From assembly GCF_963506605.1 (NCBI RefSeq), contig NC_083279.1, positions 82,460,001 to 82,524,000 of the forward strand: a stretch of DNA of 64,000 nt, given 5' to 3'. How positions within the stretch are numbered: position 1 is the stretch's first letter; every line of letters begins with the position of its first letter. Below the pieces are notes generated by a model. That model was not told the origin of the DNA. It made no database searches and was given only the letters and a program-made list of their open reading frames with translations. The translations under genes and the position numbers were made by a program. Source of the DNA: Zootoca vivipara (lineage: Eukaryota). Positions 62,270 through 64,000 of this stretch are shown here, piece after piece.

Positions 62270-62636
62270 AGAACTCCAAGTGAGGGCAAAGAAAGGCAAG
62301 GCTTTCAATGTAGCCAGAATGATGTAGGCCTGGTCAACTGTCAGACTTGAGTGAAGTAGAGCTGGGTGGGTTTCAGCCAAGTATTCTTGTTCTTGGTATT
62401 AGGCCCTTGGCATTACCCCACTTTTCACACAAGTTTTCAGGGTATTTAAATATGCCCAGAGTTTGCATAGGAGAGACATTTTAGCAAGGCCAAAGGCTGG
62501 GTAAGAAATGCACATTTTAGTTTTTTCAATAATATTATTAGTTTTCATTTACAATCAAATAATAGCCTCATCATAACAATATCAGTTTATAATACAATTA
62601 TTGATATCAATAATTTAAATATCAAATTATATAATT

Positions 62637-64000
62637 GTCTAGCTCCGAAACGCCCTTGCATGGAGCCCGGACAGCCCCGTGGTTTTCCCTGGAGCTGAGG
62701 GTAATGACAATCGCTGAGACGGCTAGAGCAGTGTTTCTCAACCTTTTTTGGGCCACGGCACACTTGTTCTATGAAAAAAAATCCCGCGGCACACCAACTC
62801 TGTGCCGCCCTATATTTAGTTTAGTTTGGAGGGGAGACGTAAAGCATGCCACTGAAGAACTGCTGCACGGTAGCCAGGCGGACCCACCAGGCGCTCTCAC
62901 CTGGGTTGGGGGGTGGCGAGGGGCCCTCTCCTCCCTATCTTTCCCTTTTTCCCTCACCTGGGGGGGCCTCCCTCCTTTTCCTCTTCTCCTGGGGCAGCTG
63001 GGGTGGCGACGGCTGCGGCGACGAGGCAGGGAGGTGCTGGGCTTCGGAGCTCTTCCCGGCCGCAGGCGGGCTCGCTGGGGGGCTTTAGCGGCTCCCCGCT
63101 TGATCCACCGGGCGATTCCGACGCCCACGCAGCTGCCGCGGAGCCCAGGGGTCCGGCGATCCTCCGGCCGGGCGCTTTCGTTGTCACTCCAGTGGGGTCG
63201 CGGGGGGGCCTCCAGCGGCTCCCCGGTCGATCCGCTGGGCTCGCTTGGCGCCCGCGTACCGGCGGCGGTTCCGGCGGTCCGGAGGCTAGGCTGGCGGCAC
63301 AGGCACGCTGGTCGCTCTCAGGAGCTTCGCGCTGCCGTGCCGCGCGCCATCTTGCCTCGCCGGAAGTCCGTCAGTGCCCTTTCTCCTCGCCGCACGTGGC
63401 GGCACACCAGCCAGTGTCTCACGGCACACTACTGTGCCGCGGAACACCGGTTGAGAAACGTCGATCCCACCAAGTGGCGACGGCGACGGCGAAGAAGACT
63501 TTCTTCACCGCCTCTATTTGCATCTGCAGAAAATAGTAGCAGGAGACTCTTTCAGGTGGTTCGCAATTTAATGGAACACCTTTACCACCGGGGACTGGTA
63601 AAGACCCCAAGATCTCCTGCAATGATTTTGCAAAGTTTTTTGCAGATAAAGTCGCTCAGATTTGGAAGGAGGTAGACACCACCATGGAAGCAGGGCTGGG
63701 GTGGAAGAGTGCTGGAGCATAGAATCAATTTCAGTCCGTTACCTCCAAGGATGTGGACAGGCTGCTTAGATGAGTGAAACCGGTCTCCTTGATCTTTGCG
63801 CATCCTGGCTAGTAAAAGCGAGCCTAGAAGGGCTGGGCGATGGGTTCTGCGGGGTGGTGAATGCTTCCCTCTGCGAGGGAGCCTTCCCAGACCCGCTGAA
63901 AGAGACGGTCATTAAACCGCTTCTTAAAAAAACATATTTAGACCCGGCCAATATGGCTAACTATTGCCCAGTCTCAAATTTACTATTCTTGGGCAAGGTG
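62637..64000 (+). mobile_element. L2-type LINE ORF2 fragment running off the window end
   Basis: APWFSLELR, FFADKV, LKK.YLDPANMANYCPVSNLLFLGKV. Confidence 0.75.
62729..63459. mobile_element. hAT-type non-autonomous element with GC/CpG-rich interior, nested in the L2
   Basis: TIR CAGTGTTTCTCAACC / GGTTGAGAAAC (right end and TSD clipped); CGGCACAC subterminal motifs. Confidence 0.7.

Noticed and set aside
62635-63675. 346-aa and 207-aa ORFs
   Set aside because: Products of a GC-rich transposon interior nested in L2; no recognisable domain.

Overview
Eukaryotic (squamate, most likely lacertid lizard) genomic DNA, judged from Sauria SINEs, BovB, CR1, L1, L2 and Penelope repeats. The window is a tandem array of 14-18 kb units. 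Each unit carries an intact three-coding-exon VMO1-like gene (vitelline membrane outer layer protein 1, secreted beta-prism I protein) on the + strand: 985-4627, 18217-21366, 32251-37318 and 50663-56533. The promoter/leader of a probable fifth copy lies at about 62.2 kb. By manual count, sister copies differ more in coding exons than in flanking DNA, almost entirely by amino-acid changes, with clusters in the loops before the DDT-x-x-N motifs, which suggests diversifying selection. The rest is a nested TE landscape. It includes a very young but internally wrecked betaretrovirus-like provirus (identical 345-bp LTRs, 6-bp TSD, elongator tRNA-Met PBS, gamma-type env), Ngaro/DIRS tyrosine-recombinase retroelement remnants and Penelope fragments with hammerhead motifs. 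CR1/L1/L2/BovB/RTE-X LINEs, solo LTRs and hAT and Tc1/mariner MITEs are also present. There are several signs of recombination or template switching between units. Most ORFs in the supplied track are spurious or TE fragments.
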